Shown: positions 21,722 through 32,097 of the stretch, piece by piece | Layout: every line of letters begins with the position of its first letter | How positions within the stretch are numbered: position 1 is the first letter of the stretch | Source: Octopus bimaculoides | Lineage: Eukaryota | Reading direction: 5' to 3' | Length of the DNA stretch: 35,353 nt | Assembly: GCF_001194135.2 (NCBI RefSeq) | Contig: NC_068982.1 | Span: 64,636,899 to 64,672,251 of the forward strand | Made by a program: the position numbers and the translations under genes | Notes under the pieces: generated by a model | What the model saw: only the letters and a program-made list of their open reading frames with translations | The model's database searches: none | Told to the model about the DNA's origin: nothing

Positions 21722-22228
21722 TTAAGCGACAAAACTCTGCCTCATGATCCCAGCAGACAAAATGGAAAAGGGGGTTGCAAGGGAGATGCAATGAAACACT
21801 AATTCTGAGTCACACTTGTGAACAGTGATCTCTGCCACAGGCTCAACCATAAACCTGTCAGAGAGCAACTGATGCTCTGACACTTTGCTTTTTACTCAGC
21901 CTGACAAGCAGCTGAGCTTGGGCTGGTAGCTGAACAAACCAAATTGCAGCTGGAGATGTCACAGCATGTGGCATCACAGAATGGGAAAATTGTCATACTG
22001 TCAGGCTTTTTACCATCTCCTACTGGCTTGAGCTGAGAAGGGAAGTCTGTGGTGTCAAGACCATGCTTTATGATTTCGTTACAGGCGGCATGGTGGGGAA
22101 GGCAACCAGCACTATAATGGCATGACAATGTATGGAAAGCGAAAGAGTCCATAGTGACATTTGTGACACTCACAGGTCTGAAGGCCAAGCCTCAAGGAAA
22201 CTCCGATGTGCAGACAGTCGCTATCAAG
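21722..22228 (-). mobile_element. Decayed C-terminal fragment of a CRE-type non-LTR retrotransposon (CCHC knuckle plus restriction-like endonuclease)
   Basis: Minus strand: LDSDCLHIGVSLRLGLQTCECHKCH; then HTLSCHYSAGCLPHHAACNEIIKHGLD...LKPVG..DGKKPDSMTIFPF..CDATCCD...SATSPSSAACQAE; then SDRFMVEPVAE and ISLA...FSILSAG. Matches the CRE/RLE pattern H.LSC..SAGR..RH..LND...EP.G...DG.RPDG.T..P.....WDATC, with frameshifts and deletions. Confidence 0.8.
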
Positions 22229-22549
22229 CAGATCAAATGCCACAAAGCATTTTTTTTTCTTCAAGTGCTAGATCGCTTCCTTCAGAAAACCAATAATTCT
22301 TTATACTATAGGCACAAGTCTTAGGATATCGATCCCAAAGGCAAAGTCGACTATTGCGGAGTTTGAATTCACAGCGTGTGGCATCTCAGATGGCCTATCG
22401 CCAAAAAACGGGATTGCCAAATGAAATGCCGACATGTTAAAAAAAGCTGCCACCACGCCTTACTAATAAAAGGATAGTGTAGTCATGGTTTGAATGCCTT
22501 CGATCGTAGATCTGCTGCAGATTAGACTGAACTGAGGCAAAACAACAAC

Positions 22550-22656
22550 ATGCTGTCGATTGAGCTTGAACAATGCTCTGAATATCGACAATCTGCAAGT
22601 AAATTTAATGCTGAGCTCCCATCAGAAATCAATAAGCAAAAGAGCCGCAAATCAAG
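22550..22656 (+). CDS. Candidate upstream coding exon of the amine oxidase gene
   Basis: aacaacATG...tcaAG|gtaaac; stop-free MLSIELEQCSEYRQSASKFNAELPSEINKQKSRKS. The phase-2 donor joins in frame to the acceptor ttgcttttctag|t (exon start 23356). No homology recognised. Confidence 0.35.
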
Positions 22657-23356
22657 GTAAACAACTCGGCATTTCTTCATCCTTTGTTTATTTACACACC
22701 CACACTGACTTTCATTCCTTCAATATTTCTATTTGACATCAGAAGTCGAAATGGATATCCTAAGCCGATCTAATAACACCCAGCAAGTACTTTAGTTAGA
22801 AATATCTGAAAATAATTCTGTTACGAATGACGGGAGCGTTGTTTTCGTTTTTTTCAAATATTTCATAATTCTGATAGATTTCCGAATTATGCAACACAAA
22901 ATAATTTGTTGTTATTGTCACTGCTAAACAAGTACAGAGTCAACTTTTGTAGATGAGAGGCTAAAAGGTTATCGATGCTGTTATATAATTGATTCTAAAT
23001 TCATCCACCGAGAACGTGTAAAGTAAAATTGAATTCGGCTTTTTCGCAAAAACAACACAGAACTTGATTAGAGTTTGGTCCCTTCATTCATTTCATGCAC
23101 TATAATAGGCTAAGGAACTTACGTCACCATTCCAAGGGTCAAAACAAAACAAACAAGAAAAATTCTTGTCTGCTAGACTACACAGCCGCTACCTAAACAT
23201 GTTTTGGTGTTTGTTTACCAATAACAGACACTTGGTTTTTGTAGCTTGATATTTTAAAACACATTCGCTTGCATTAGTTTTTACTGAGTCAATCGATCAC
23301 TCATTTTTTGCTTTAATGAAATCAACGGAATACTTGGGTGGAGTTGCTTTTCTAGT

Positions 23357-23471
23357 ATGGATGAACTAGACTGCGACGTTATTGTTGTTGGTGCCGGGAT
23401 TTCTGGTTTGACTGCTGCATACGAACTTACAACACGGTCTCAACTCAGCATCCGAGTATTGGAAGCGTCAG
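23357..23471 (+). CDS. Flavin-containing amine oxidase (monoamine-oxidase-like), FAD-binding N-terminal exon; gene continues beyond the window
   Basis: MDELDCDVIVVGAGISGLTAAYELTTRSQLSIRVLEAS(G/D)|gtgaga: Rossmann GxGxxG plus VLEA, just before the expected xRVGGR motif; phase-1 donor. No matching next exon was found by eye up to 35353. Confidence 0.85.
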
Positions 23472-24230
23472 GTGAGATATTTCACGTTTATAATAATACG
23501 TAAATATTTGCTTGTTCAAGGTTCTTTTGTGTTGGAGACACGCATTTCTTTCTTTTACTTTGTCCCAGACAATCTCTGTCGCTTGATTTGCTGGCTTTAA
23601 GCCTTGTTTGTTTTCTGAATGTCTTCAAATATTTGCTCACGGATCTTTCACTTCGATTAAATATACATTAGACGAAATAATTGTTGGCTATTTCATATAT
23701 CTGTCGATTCAGTTTATTTTACGCTTTAATATTTGTCTTTTTGTTTGTTTGTTTATTTGTTCGTTTTGGGTTTTTTTATACTTCCTTGGAAATTCACTAA
23801 TTTTGTCATACACATATAACAGTTGGATTCGATACTTTATGATATTACAATAACCAGGCTTTCTTATGAAGAAAATATATAATTACTCTCACACATGTAT
23901 GTATGTAATGTAGGTGTTTCTAACACCCTTGCCATATTTAGTGACAATTATAGTTTTCCTTTCTGGTAAAACATTTCATACTGCTGTCTATATTAATTTT
24001 ATGGTGAAAGTAAAGAATACGCACACCTGGTGGTTACAGTTTTTATTACGCCGAAAGCGGGTGGTGTATGTATTCTTTACCTCCGCCGAAATTTGGAATT
24101 ATTCGACTCAAGTTTTCATTTTGTGAAATTGCTACTCCTGAAGAAATAGCATGATTGAAACTTGAGTCAGTTGTTATTTATTTACACACACACACGTGTG
24201 AATAAAAGGGTTATTAAAAATATTTTCTAT

Positions 24231-24972
24231 GGCATTCCTACACAAGTGTGTTCCCTCGACTTTGTTTCCTCATAGCTTGTAGAAAAAAAATGCATGTTTT
24301 TTTAATAGAATTTTTTGCAAAGATGCTCCGGGTTGTGCAGGTTATGATTATATCAGAATTTAAGAAAAAAATTTTCCCTAGGTTTAGGAGTTTCGGAAAA
24401 TCTCATGCTAGTTAGCCTTGTCTCCTCATAACTTTCAGGAAAATGGGTTATTTTTCTTACGAAATTATTTACAAATGCCTTTCAGAATGGGTAGATTAAG
24501 ATTATATCGGAATTTAATACGAAGAAGGAAAATAGTTGACTTCTATATATACTGACACACATCGCAATTGTTTTCGAAATTTCAAATTTCATTTCGTAGA
24601 TGTATGTGATGTGTGTTAGTATGTATGTGAGCAAGCCCACCAATCTTTTCTTTTTTTTTTTTCAAATTAAATTTTGATATAATTGTAATGTACACTCTCT
24701 GAAAGGTATTTGTAGAGAATTTCATTAAAAAATTACCCATTTTTCTGAAAGTTATAGGAAACAAAGCCGGCTCGTGTGAATTTTCCGAAACTCCTCATCC
24801 CATATTCGGAAAAGTCTTTTTTTTTTTTTTTGTCACCACCAATTCCGATATAATCGGAATCTACACCATTTGAAGCTTATTCATAGAAAATTTCATTGAA
24901 AGATATCCATTTTCCTGAAAGTTATGAGGCAACGAAGTTGGCCGGGCGGGGACACACTTGTGTAAGTATGCC
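24231..24972. mobile_element. Non-autonomous DNA transposon with GG termini, 8-bp TSD and modular inverted arms (Merlin-like)
   Basis: Left ggcattcctacacaagtgtgt, right acacacttgtgtaagtatgcc; flanks ttttctat and ttttctaa (7/8). Each arm has two ~155-bp subunits (ctcataactttcaggaaaatgg...attatatcggaatt) in inverted orientation. Confidence 0.75.
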
Positions 24973-25268
24973 TTTTCTAAAATCTCGTATGAACTAAATA
25001 AATAACTGAGAGACAAATCCACATAAATGAAAAACACGTTAATTTTTTAAAGATATTTATGTGGTGAAGTCTTCACTTCACTCGTGGTCTCACAGTAAGG
25101 TCCCTCGAAATAGCCAAATTGATAAAACAAATATTTAGACATTGAATAATTTGTTCTTTTCCTTTATCACATCATTGTTTCTAGTGCAACGTTATGTTCT
25201 CAGTATTAATTATGTTTCGTTATGGGGTTTTTGTTTTGTTTTGTTGCGTTTTTGTCTGTAATTTACCT

Positions 25269-25384
25269 CAGGCTCTCTGCACATTTTCACTACAATTATT
25301 CCTGTCCTGCTCTTTAATACTTCCTACAGGCTCTCTGCCCACTTTCACTACAATTCTTTCTATCTTGCTTTTTAATACTTCCTG
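25269..25384. repeat. 58-bp tandem dimer
   Basis: caggctctctgc..tttcactacaatt..t.ct.tc.tgct.tttaatacttcct, twice. Confidence 0.8.
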
Positions 25385-25904
25385 CTTAGCACATGTTAAC
25401 ACTTAACATCCTGGACTATATCCACAGAAAAGCCACTTAACTGGTTGATATTCCCTCTGGAATCTTCTCCTTACATATGACTTTAATATTGGTATTGACT
25501 TGCAACAGTTAAAACAGAATAAGGGGGCCTGCGAGGGTCATAGACACTGACCTTCCTCCAGACTCAGTAGGTAAAAAATAAGTGTTATTTTTGAAATTGT
25601 TAAAATATTCTCTATAGATATAAACATGAATCACTCAACAGATTTCAACAAGAGACAATGCTCTATATATATATGTGCCATTAAAATATAAAAGTAGCTG
25701 AAGCCAAATAATTTGTCCAAATTTCAAGTTTTGTTCCAAAATATCAAACATCAGGAAGTCGTTTTGAATTATCTTGAAATTTACAGATGACTGATTCATA
25801 GTGTAAAGCCAGTTCCAAAAAGAAAAAAGTAGAAAATATTTCACAAAATCCTATACAGTTTATATCCTTTCAATTTATGGTAAAATCTTGTGTATGTGTG
25901 TGTG

Positions 25905-26265
25905 TAATTGTGGAAGGAATCTGTGGAAGCAGTAGACCCAGGAAGACATGGGACAAGGTGGCAAAATGTTATCTTTGAATGTTGAGTCTCACAGAGGTGA
26001 TGACAAGTGACCAAAACATCTGGTGAAATTGTTGCGCTTGAGAAGACATGTCAAGCTAAGTGAAATTGTGATCATGGCTAGTGCCAGTGATACATGGAAG
26101 GCACCCATGCCGGTAACATGTAGAAGACACTCTGTAGAGAGGCTGACATTAGGAAGGACATCCAGCCATAGAAACTAAGCCAATACAGACTGGGTGGAGC
26201 CTGGTGCTGCTCTCCAGCTAACCAGCTCCAATCAAACTGTTTAACCCATGCCAGCATGGAAAATG
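25905..26265 (+). mobile_element. Old RTE-LINE 3' end
   Basis: gtggaaggaatctgtggaagcagtagacccaggaagacatgggac (VEGICGSSRPRKTWD) ... aacccatgccagcatggaaaatgat. Confidence 0.7.
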
Positions 26266-26399
26266 ATACACACACATGATTGTGTGTGTATGCCAATCCA
26301 TCTTCTCTACCCACTATTCCTAAGAGGGTTGTGGAAGCAGAGTCCTAAGGTACCTCCTCCAAAGGGAATATGAGAAACAACTTTTATTACACTTTCTAC

Positions 26400-26740
26400 A
26401 TAGAATCCCAAATATGTCCAATTAAGACTATGGAAATTATCCAATCATTTCATTTTGGTCTACCCCTTGGCCTCCTGCCAGTTGGCTCAGCTTCAAGAAT
26501 CAGTCTTGTAGTTCTTTCTTGTGATATTCTGACCTCATGAACATAGTACTGGAACTACTCAATGCAGAGAAGTAGCAGCTCGACCTGGAGAAACACTCTG
26601 ACCTCTGAGCTAGGCACCCAGTCAAGTAATGTTACTCCTGAGATCCTTTGTAGCAATCACATTGAGCTAGAGAGATTACTTTGTTCTCTGTAAGACTAAA
26701 GAGTCCTTAGTACTCCATATTGTCTCCATTCATTCAAGCA
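26400..26740 (-). mobile_element. Decayed ORF2 C-terminus of a third RTE-clade LINE lineage
   Basis: Minus strand LLQRISGVTLLDWVPSSEVRVFLQVELLLLCIE*...SQERTTRLILEAEPTGRRPRGRPK. Confidence 0.7.
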
Positions 26741-27106
26741 ATGTGAGCAAAATGATGACAGAAGGTGACCTTGAATGAGAAGGTGAAAGAGAGTGATAAG
26801 AACAAGGGGAGAAAAGAAGATAGTGATGACAGTTTTATGTTGTTTGCTGGTAAGGGAATTGAATAATAATGGAGCATAAGGAATGTGATTGGGGGAAAAA
26901 GAGTGAAGAGATATAGTAAGAGGAGTAATTAAATTGAGAGGGATTGATGTATGTCAACAATGAATGACAGGGGATAAATAATGGGACTATTAAAGGCCTT
27001 TCTCAGCTCAATAGATACTAGGTATAGAGGTTTAATTCCTTGAAGTTGTCTCAGTCTTTGATAGCACCTCTTCTTGGTATAAAACCAAACTGCATTTCTT
27101 GTAGAC

Positions 27107-27508
27107 CAAAGGTTCTCAATGGGGGCCATATGGTCCCTTGGTGTGTAGGGGTGGGGGACATTTGGAGTTCATGGGGGGGCGTTTTGGTGCAAAGGGGCTC
27201 TCTTGTACCAAAGAGCACTCCTTCAATAGACAACATGTTGATCTCATAAGTGTCGCATGATGGAAATAAACGCAATTACCAAACTTTCAATTCATTATTT
27301 CGTGTTTTTGTATTTCAATTTGTACATCTGTACTCCCAACTGCATACAAGTGCATATGTAAAATGACATCCTTTATTTATTTAATCATTATCTGCTGATA
27401 TCAAAATAAGTAGTATATTGAAAAATAAAACTATTTTCTAGTGGGGGGTCATTTGTGACTCCAAGGGTCAAAAGGGGACCTTTGGCCAAAATGGGTTGAG
27501 AACCTTTG
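27107..27508. mobile_element. hAT (Charlie-like) MITE
   Basis: Perfect 13-bp TIR caaaggttctcaa / ttgagaacctttg; 8-bp TSD ttgtagac / ttctagac (7/8), fitting the NTCTAGAN preference of Charlie-type hATs. Confidence 0.88.
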
Positions 27509-27544
27509 TTCTAGACTAATTCTTTTTCTATTCCTAATCATTTG

Positions 27545-28220
27545 TTATAATTTTCATAACCTACTCCTTCAGTTTAGTGCCCTGTAGCTCCCTCTCTCTA
27601 GTGCATCTCCTTTACTCTTGGTGAACATAGTGTTATTGTACTCATTGATTATGACACTTCCTTGAACTATCTGCCTGACTATGCAAGTAACTAGCAATTG
27701 ACCTATCACACTAGATATTTTTAAATATCGCAATAGCTACTGTTGGTGGTCTAGCTTCCCTCCATACCTTCATATCTTTCATTGCACTTGTGACTATATT
27801 AATTGGATCTACTCAGGCAGACTCTCTCTTTCTCCATACATTCTCCTCATTCCACAGCCATTACATGCGTCTTTCTTTCTGTTGTTAGTAAGGACAAGTG
27901 CACCCCTATTTTGTACATACTTCTACCCAATGACATTTTGATTCTCTCACACCTCTGATCCTCATACTGCAGAACATGTTGAAACCTACTCTTAGCAACT
28001 CCTTTTGCTAAGTATACTGATGTGTTACTTCTTGTCTATCTACTAGATATTGCTGACCTATTTCTTCTAGCCTTTCTAAGCCTGTCTCTTGACTTTTATA
28101 GCTCTTTTATAGCACTGAAGTATTCCACTGTGTCATCTTTCATTTAGCTAGAACATTGTACCAGCCATAGCTTTGGTCTGTAATCCTTGAATGTCTTCAG
28201 TAGAATCCACTCTGATACAA
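27545..28220 (-). mobile_element. Heavily decayed RTE ORF2 fragment (linker into start of RT domain)
   Basis: Minus strand fragments FQHVLQYEDQRCE, SAMKDMK and KSKGDALERGSYRAL (RT-proximal KGKGDALE..NYRG motif). FQHVLQYEDQRCE resembles FANVLRRDDQRLE of the copy at 35015. Confidence 0.7.
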
Positions 28221-28492
28221 ACATTTGGGTTCAGGTTTCCAGTATAAAGATACTTTTCACCCTCCCCACTCCCTCCAGTCTTAGAGGCCCTTTAAAAGGT
28301 CATGGACACTACCTTTCCTTCTGACTAAAAAATATCTAGAAAATATGAAAATATCCTCTGAGAATTTGTTACCATCTCTTATCTGTAGTAGTCGACTTTG
28401 CCTTTTATCCATCAGAAGTCTATGAAAACTTATTTACCAGTTAAGTACTGTAATTGAATTAATCTACTGTTCTCTCCCTCAAAATGTATAGC

Positions 28493-28734
28493 CATGTTCC
28501 AATATTAGAAATTATTATTATCAATAAAATAGGTACCAATAATATAGTCTGTTGATTAACTTGATTATATCTCTCCCTAGAGATGTATGGCCTTAGGCCA
28601 AGATCAGTNNNNNNNNNNCATGTTCCAATATTAGAAATTATTATTATCAATAAAATAGGTACCAATAATATAGTCTGTTGATTAACTTGATTATATCTCT
28701 CCCTAGAGATGTATGGCCTTAGGCCAAGATCAGT
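28493..28734. other. Exact 116-bp direct duplication flanking a 10-N gap (probable unmerged contig overlap)
   Basis: 28493-28608 is identical to 28619-28734; Ns at 28609-28618. Confidence 0.9.
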
Positions 28735-29014
28735 AGCCTTCTCATATAAATAATTAGCTTGATTAAAAATTGTTATTATTCATCTGTCTTTTAAGTTTTG
28801 AGTTCAAATTCTGTCATGGTTAACTTCACCTTTCGTCCTTTGAGGATCATTGAAGCAAGTATCAGTTTAGCACTGGAGTTGATGTAATCCCACTCCCCTG
28901 TAATTTCTGGCCTCATGCCTGAAATTTTGTGGGAGGGCGATTGCATCAACCCCAGTGCATCAGATAATAGCAGAAAGGATTATTATTATAATTACTACTA
29001 CTACTATTATTGTT

Positions 29015-29393
29015 GTTGTTGGCACTCCATCGCTTACAACGTCGAGGGTTCCAGTTGATCCAATCAACGGAACAGCCTGCTCGTGAAATTAACGTGCAAG
29101 TGGCTGAGCACTCCACAGACATGTGTACCCTTAACGTAGTTCTCGGAGATATTCAGCATGACACAGTGTGACAAGGCTGACCCTTTGAATTTCAGGCACA
29201 ACAGAAACAGGAAGTAAGAGTGAGAGAAAGTTGTGGTGAAAGAGTACAGCAGGGTTCGCCACCATCCCCTGCCAGAGCCTCGTGGAGCTTTAAGTGTTTT
29301 CGCTCAATAAACACTCACAACGCCCGGTCTGGGAATCAAAACCACGATCCTATGACCACGAGTCCGCTGCCCTAACCACTGGGCTATTGCGCC
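29015..29393 (-). mobile_element. Full-length tRNA-headed SINE with (AAC)n tail
   Basis: Minus strand ggcgcaatagcccagtggttagggcagcggactcgtggtcataggatcgtggttttgattcccagacc head; its 3' part recurs at 32985-33068 (+). Confidence 0.85.
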
Positions 29394-29443
29394 TCTACAC
29401 TACTATTATTATTATTATTATTATTTAAAAAAAACAAAGACAT

Positions 29444-30962
29444 AGAGCTGGCAGAATCATTACCATACTGGACAAAATGCTTAGCAGTATTTCGCCCATT
29501 GCTACATTCCAAGTTCAAATTCTGTCGAGGTCAACTTTGCTTTTCATATTTTTTTGAGTCAATAAATTAAGTACCAGTGAAACACTAAGGTTGATGTAAT
29601 TGACTAATCCCCCCCACCCCAAAATTTGAGGCCTTGTGCCTCCAGTAGAAAGGATTACTATTATTATTACCAACAAAACAAAGGCAGCAAGCTGGCAGAA
29701 TCATTAGCACGCCGGGTGAAATGCTTAGTAGTATTTCGTCAGCTGCTATGTTCTGAGTTCAAATTCCACTGAGGTCAACTTTGCCTTTCATCCTTTTGGG
29801 GTCGATTAAATAAGTACCAGTCACGCACTGGAGTTGATGTAATCGACTTAATCCCTTCCCCCAAATTTGAGGCCTTGTGCTTCCAGTAGAAAGGATTATT
29901 ATTATTATTATTACAAAAAAACAATGGCAGTGAGCTGGCAGAATCGTTAGCATGCCAGGTAAAATGCTTGGCAGCATTTTGTCCATCTTTACATTCTGAG
30001 TTCAAATTCCACCGAGGTTGTCTTTCATCCTTTCAGGGTCAATAAAATACCAGTTGAGCGCTGGGGTCGATGTAATTAACTTATAGCCTCCCCCAAAATT
30101 GCTGACCTTGTGCTAAAATTTGAAACCTAAGGCAGCAAGCAAGCAGAAATGTTAACACTCCATGCACCCACTGCTGAGGTTCACTTTACTTTTCAATCCT
30201 TTCAGGGTTCAATAAAATAAGTACCAGTTAATCACTGAAGTCAGTGTAATCAACCCCCCCCCCTCTGAAATTGCTGGCCTTGTGCCAAAATTTGAAATCC
30301 ACTGTTACCAAAAAAAAAGCAGGAAGTTGGTATATTTGTTAACATGTCAGACAAAATGCTTAGTAACATTTTTCCAGCTCTTAATAGTTTGAGTCCAAAT
30401 TCTGCCAAGGTTGACTTTGCCTTTCATTCTTTCAAAGTGGCGAGCTGGCAGAATTGTTAGGGCAATGGAAAATATGTTTTGTTGTATTTCTTCCAGCTCT
30501 GTATGTTTCCAGTTTAAATTCCACCAAAGTTGACTTTGCTGTTCATTCTTTTAGGAATGATAAAGTAATTACCAGTGGTTGATGCAATCAACTATTCCTT
30601 CTCTCTAAAATCACTGGCCTAGTGCCAAAATTAAGAACTGTAAAGTACCAGCTTTAACAAGTTGGCAAAATTGTTAAAGCATCCAGAAAATGTTCTGTGG
30701 TATTTCTTCTAACTCATTACATTCTGAGTTCAAATTTCATTAAAGTCAGTGTTGCATTTCACCCTTTCAAGGACAATAAAATAAGTACCAATTGAGCACT
30801 GGAATTGGTATAATTGTCTACCCCACCTCTTCCTTCTAAGATTACTGGCCTTGTGCCAAAATTTGAAATCATTATTTTATTACCAATAATATCAATGGTA
30901 GTGGGTCGGCAGAATCATTAGGGCATCAGAAAAATTGCTTTGTAGCATTTCTTCTGATTCTT
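29444..30962 (+). mobile_element. Array of about eight co-oriented SINE copies (gagctggcagaa family)
   Basis: Heads near 29444, 29683, 29926, 30130, 30320, 30438, 30655 and 30898, several separated by (ATT)n or A-rich tails; two different 3' end types. Confidence 0.85.
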
Positions 30963-30964
30963 AA

Positions 30965-31405
30965 TCATCATCATCATTGTTTAATGTCCATTTCCCATGC
31001 TGATATGGGTTGGACAGTTTGACAGGTGCTGTCCAGGCTCCACTTGTCTGTTTTGGCATGGTTTCTATGGCTGGATGCCCTTCCTAACACCAACCACTTT
31101 ACAGTATGTACTAGGTACTTTTCATGTGTCACTGGCATGGGTACTTTTTAACAGGCACCAGATCAAGTGTATTTTATGTGGCACCAGCACTTGCAAGACA
31201 AAGACCTCTCAGTTGGGAGAGGGAGTGGGGGCATGACTATAAAGAACATGCCTGTATGTATGGATGGCCACAATTTTACTTAGCTTCATGTGTCTTCTCA
31301 ACTACAGCAAATTGCTACAAGTCTCAGTCCCTTATCATCTCCTCAGTGAGGCCCAGTGTCTGAAGATCCTTTCTCACCACATCATCCACTTCACCAAAGT
31401 CAGCT
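30965..31405 (-). mobile_element. RTE-LINE 3'-tail copy splitting the last SINE of the array
   Basis: catcatcatcattgtttaatgtccatttcccatgctg...ttctcaccacatcatccacttcaccaaag; the SINE sequence resumes at ~31408 (ctttcatctgtttgagataaataaaatgaagtactag). Confidence 0.75.
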
Positions 31406-31572
31406 TTTTCTTTCATCTGTTTGAGATAAATAAAATGAAGTACTAGTCTAATACTGGGATCAATATAATTGACTAATCGCTTCCCCACAAAATTGCTGTC
31501 CCTATAACTATATTAGAAGTGTTATTACTGATGATATTGTCCTGTAACTGTTTCTTTCAATTTGCTTGTACT

Positions 31573-31727
31573 AGGCACAGGTGTGGTCATGTGGTTAAGA
31601 AGTTTGCTTCTCAACTACATTGTTTTAGGTTCAGTCCCACTGCGTGGCACCTTGGGCAAGTGTCTGGGCTGAATAAAAAGATGCCTTGAATAAATTTGGT
31701 AGGCGGAAACTGAAAGAAGTCTGTCAT
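31573..31727 (+). mobile_element. tRNA-derived SINE 5' part
   Basis: ggcacaggtgtggtcatgtggttaagaagtttgc...ggttcagtcccactgcgtggcaccttgggcaagtgtc...ggaaactgaaagaag. Confidence 0.8.
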
Positions 31728-31763
31728 ATTTATATATACTTTATTTAAAAGCAGCAGAAATAT

Positions 31764-31817
31764 AACAAAAGACTGTTACTCTGAGTTTTACGTTCCCATT
31801 CATCGGACAGTTTTGTT
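31764..31817 (-). ncRNA. Degenerate minimal type I hammerhead ribozyme motif with palindromic stem III (Penelope/retrozyme type)
   Basis: Minus strand AACAAA-ACUGU-[CCGAUGA]-AUG GGAA CGU-[AAA]-ACUC A GAGU-[A]-ACAGU-C-UUUUGUU. All three stems and the GUA cleavage triplet are correctly placed; core deviations are U4C and G12A. Confidence 0.6.
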
Positions 31818-31864
31818 AGAAAATATATATATATTTGTGTATGTGTGTTTATCTTTGTATCTCC

Positions 31865-32097
31865 TGATCTTGACATCACATGATAGATGTAAATGTGTGT
31901 CAGTCATACAAACAGTGTCATTCATTTCCAATATTCTGCAAGAACACCTGTGGCCTTGCAGAAAATATTACCTTTCATTGAAACAAGTGAGGGCTGGAGA
32001 TAGAAAGAGCATCCAGTTGTAGAAAATCTACTCAATAAACTCAATCTGTCCTATGCAAGCATGAAAAAGTGGATGTTAAGGTGACGATGATGATGAC
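31865..32097 (+). mobile_element. (GAT)n-tailed retroposon 3' end
   Basis: ...gaaagagcatccagttgtagaaaatctactcaataaac...gcaagcatgaaaaagtggatgttaaggtgacgatgatgatg; homologous to 15781-15915. Confidence 0.65.

Noticed and set aside
27121-27179. Potential G-quadruplex
   Set aside because: Two of the three loops are long (about 22 and 15 nt); weak candidate inside a MITE.
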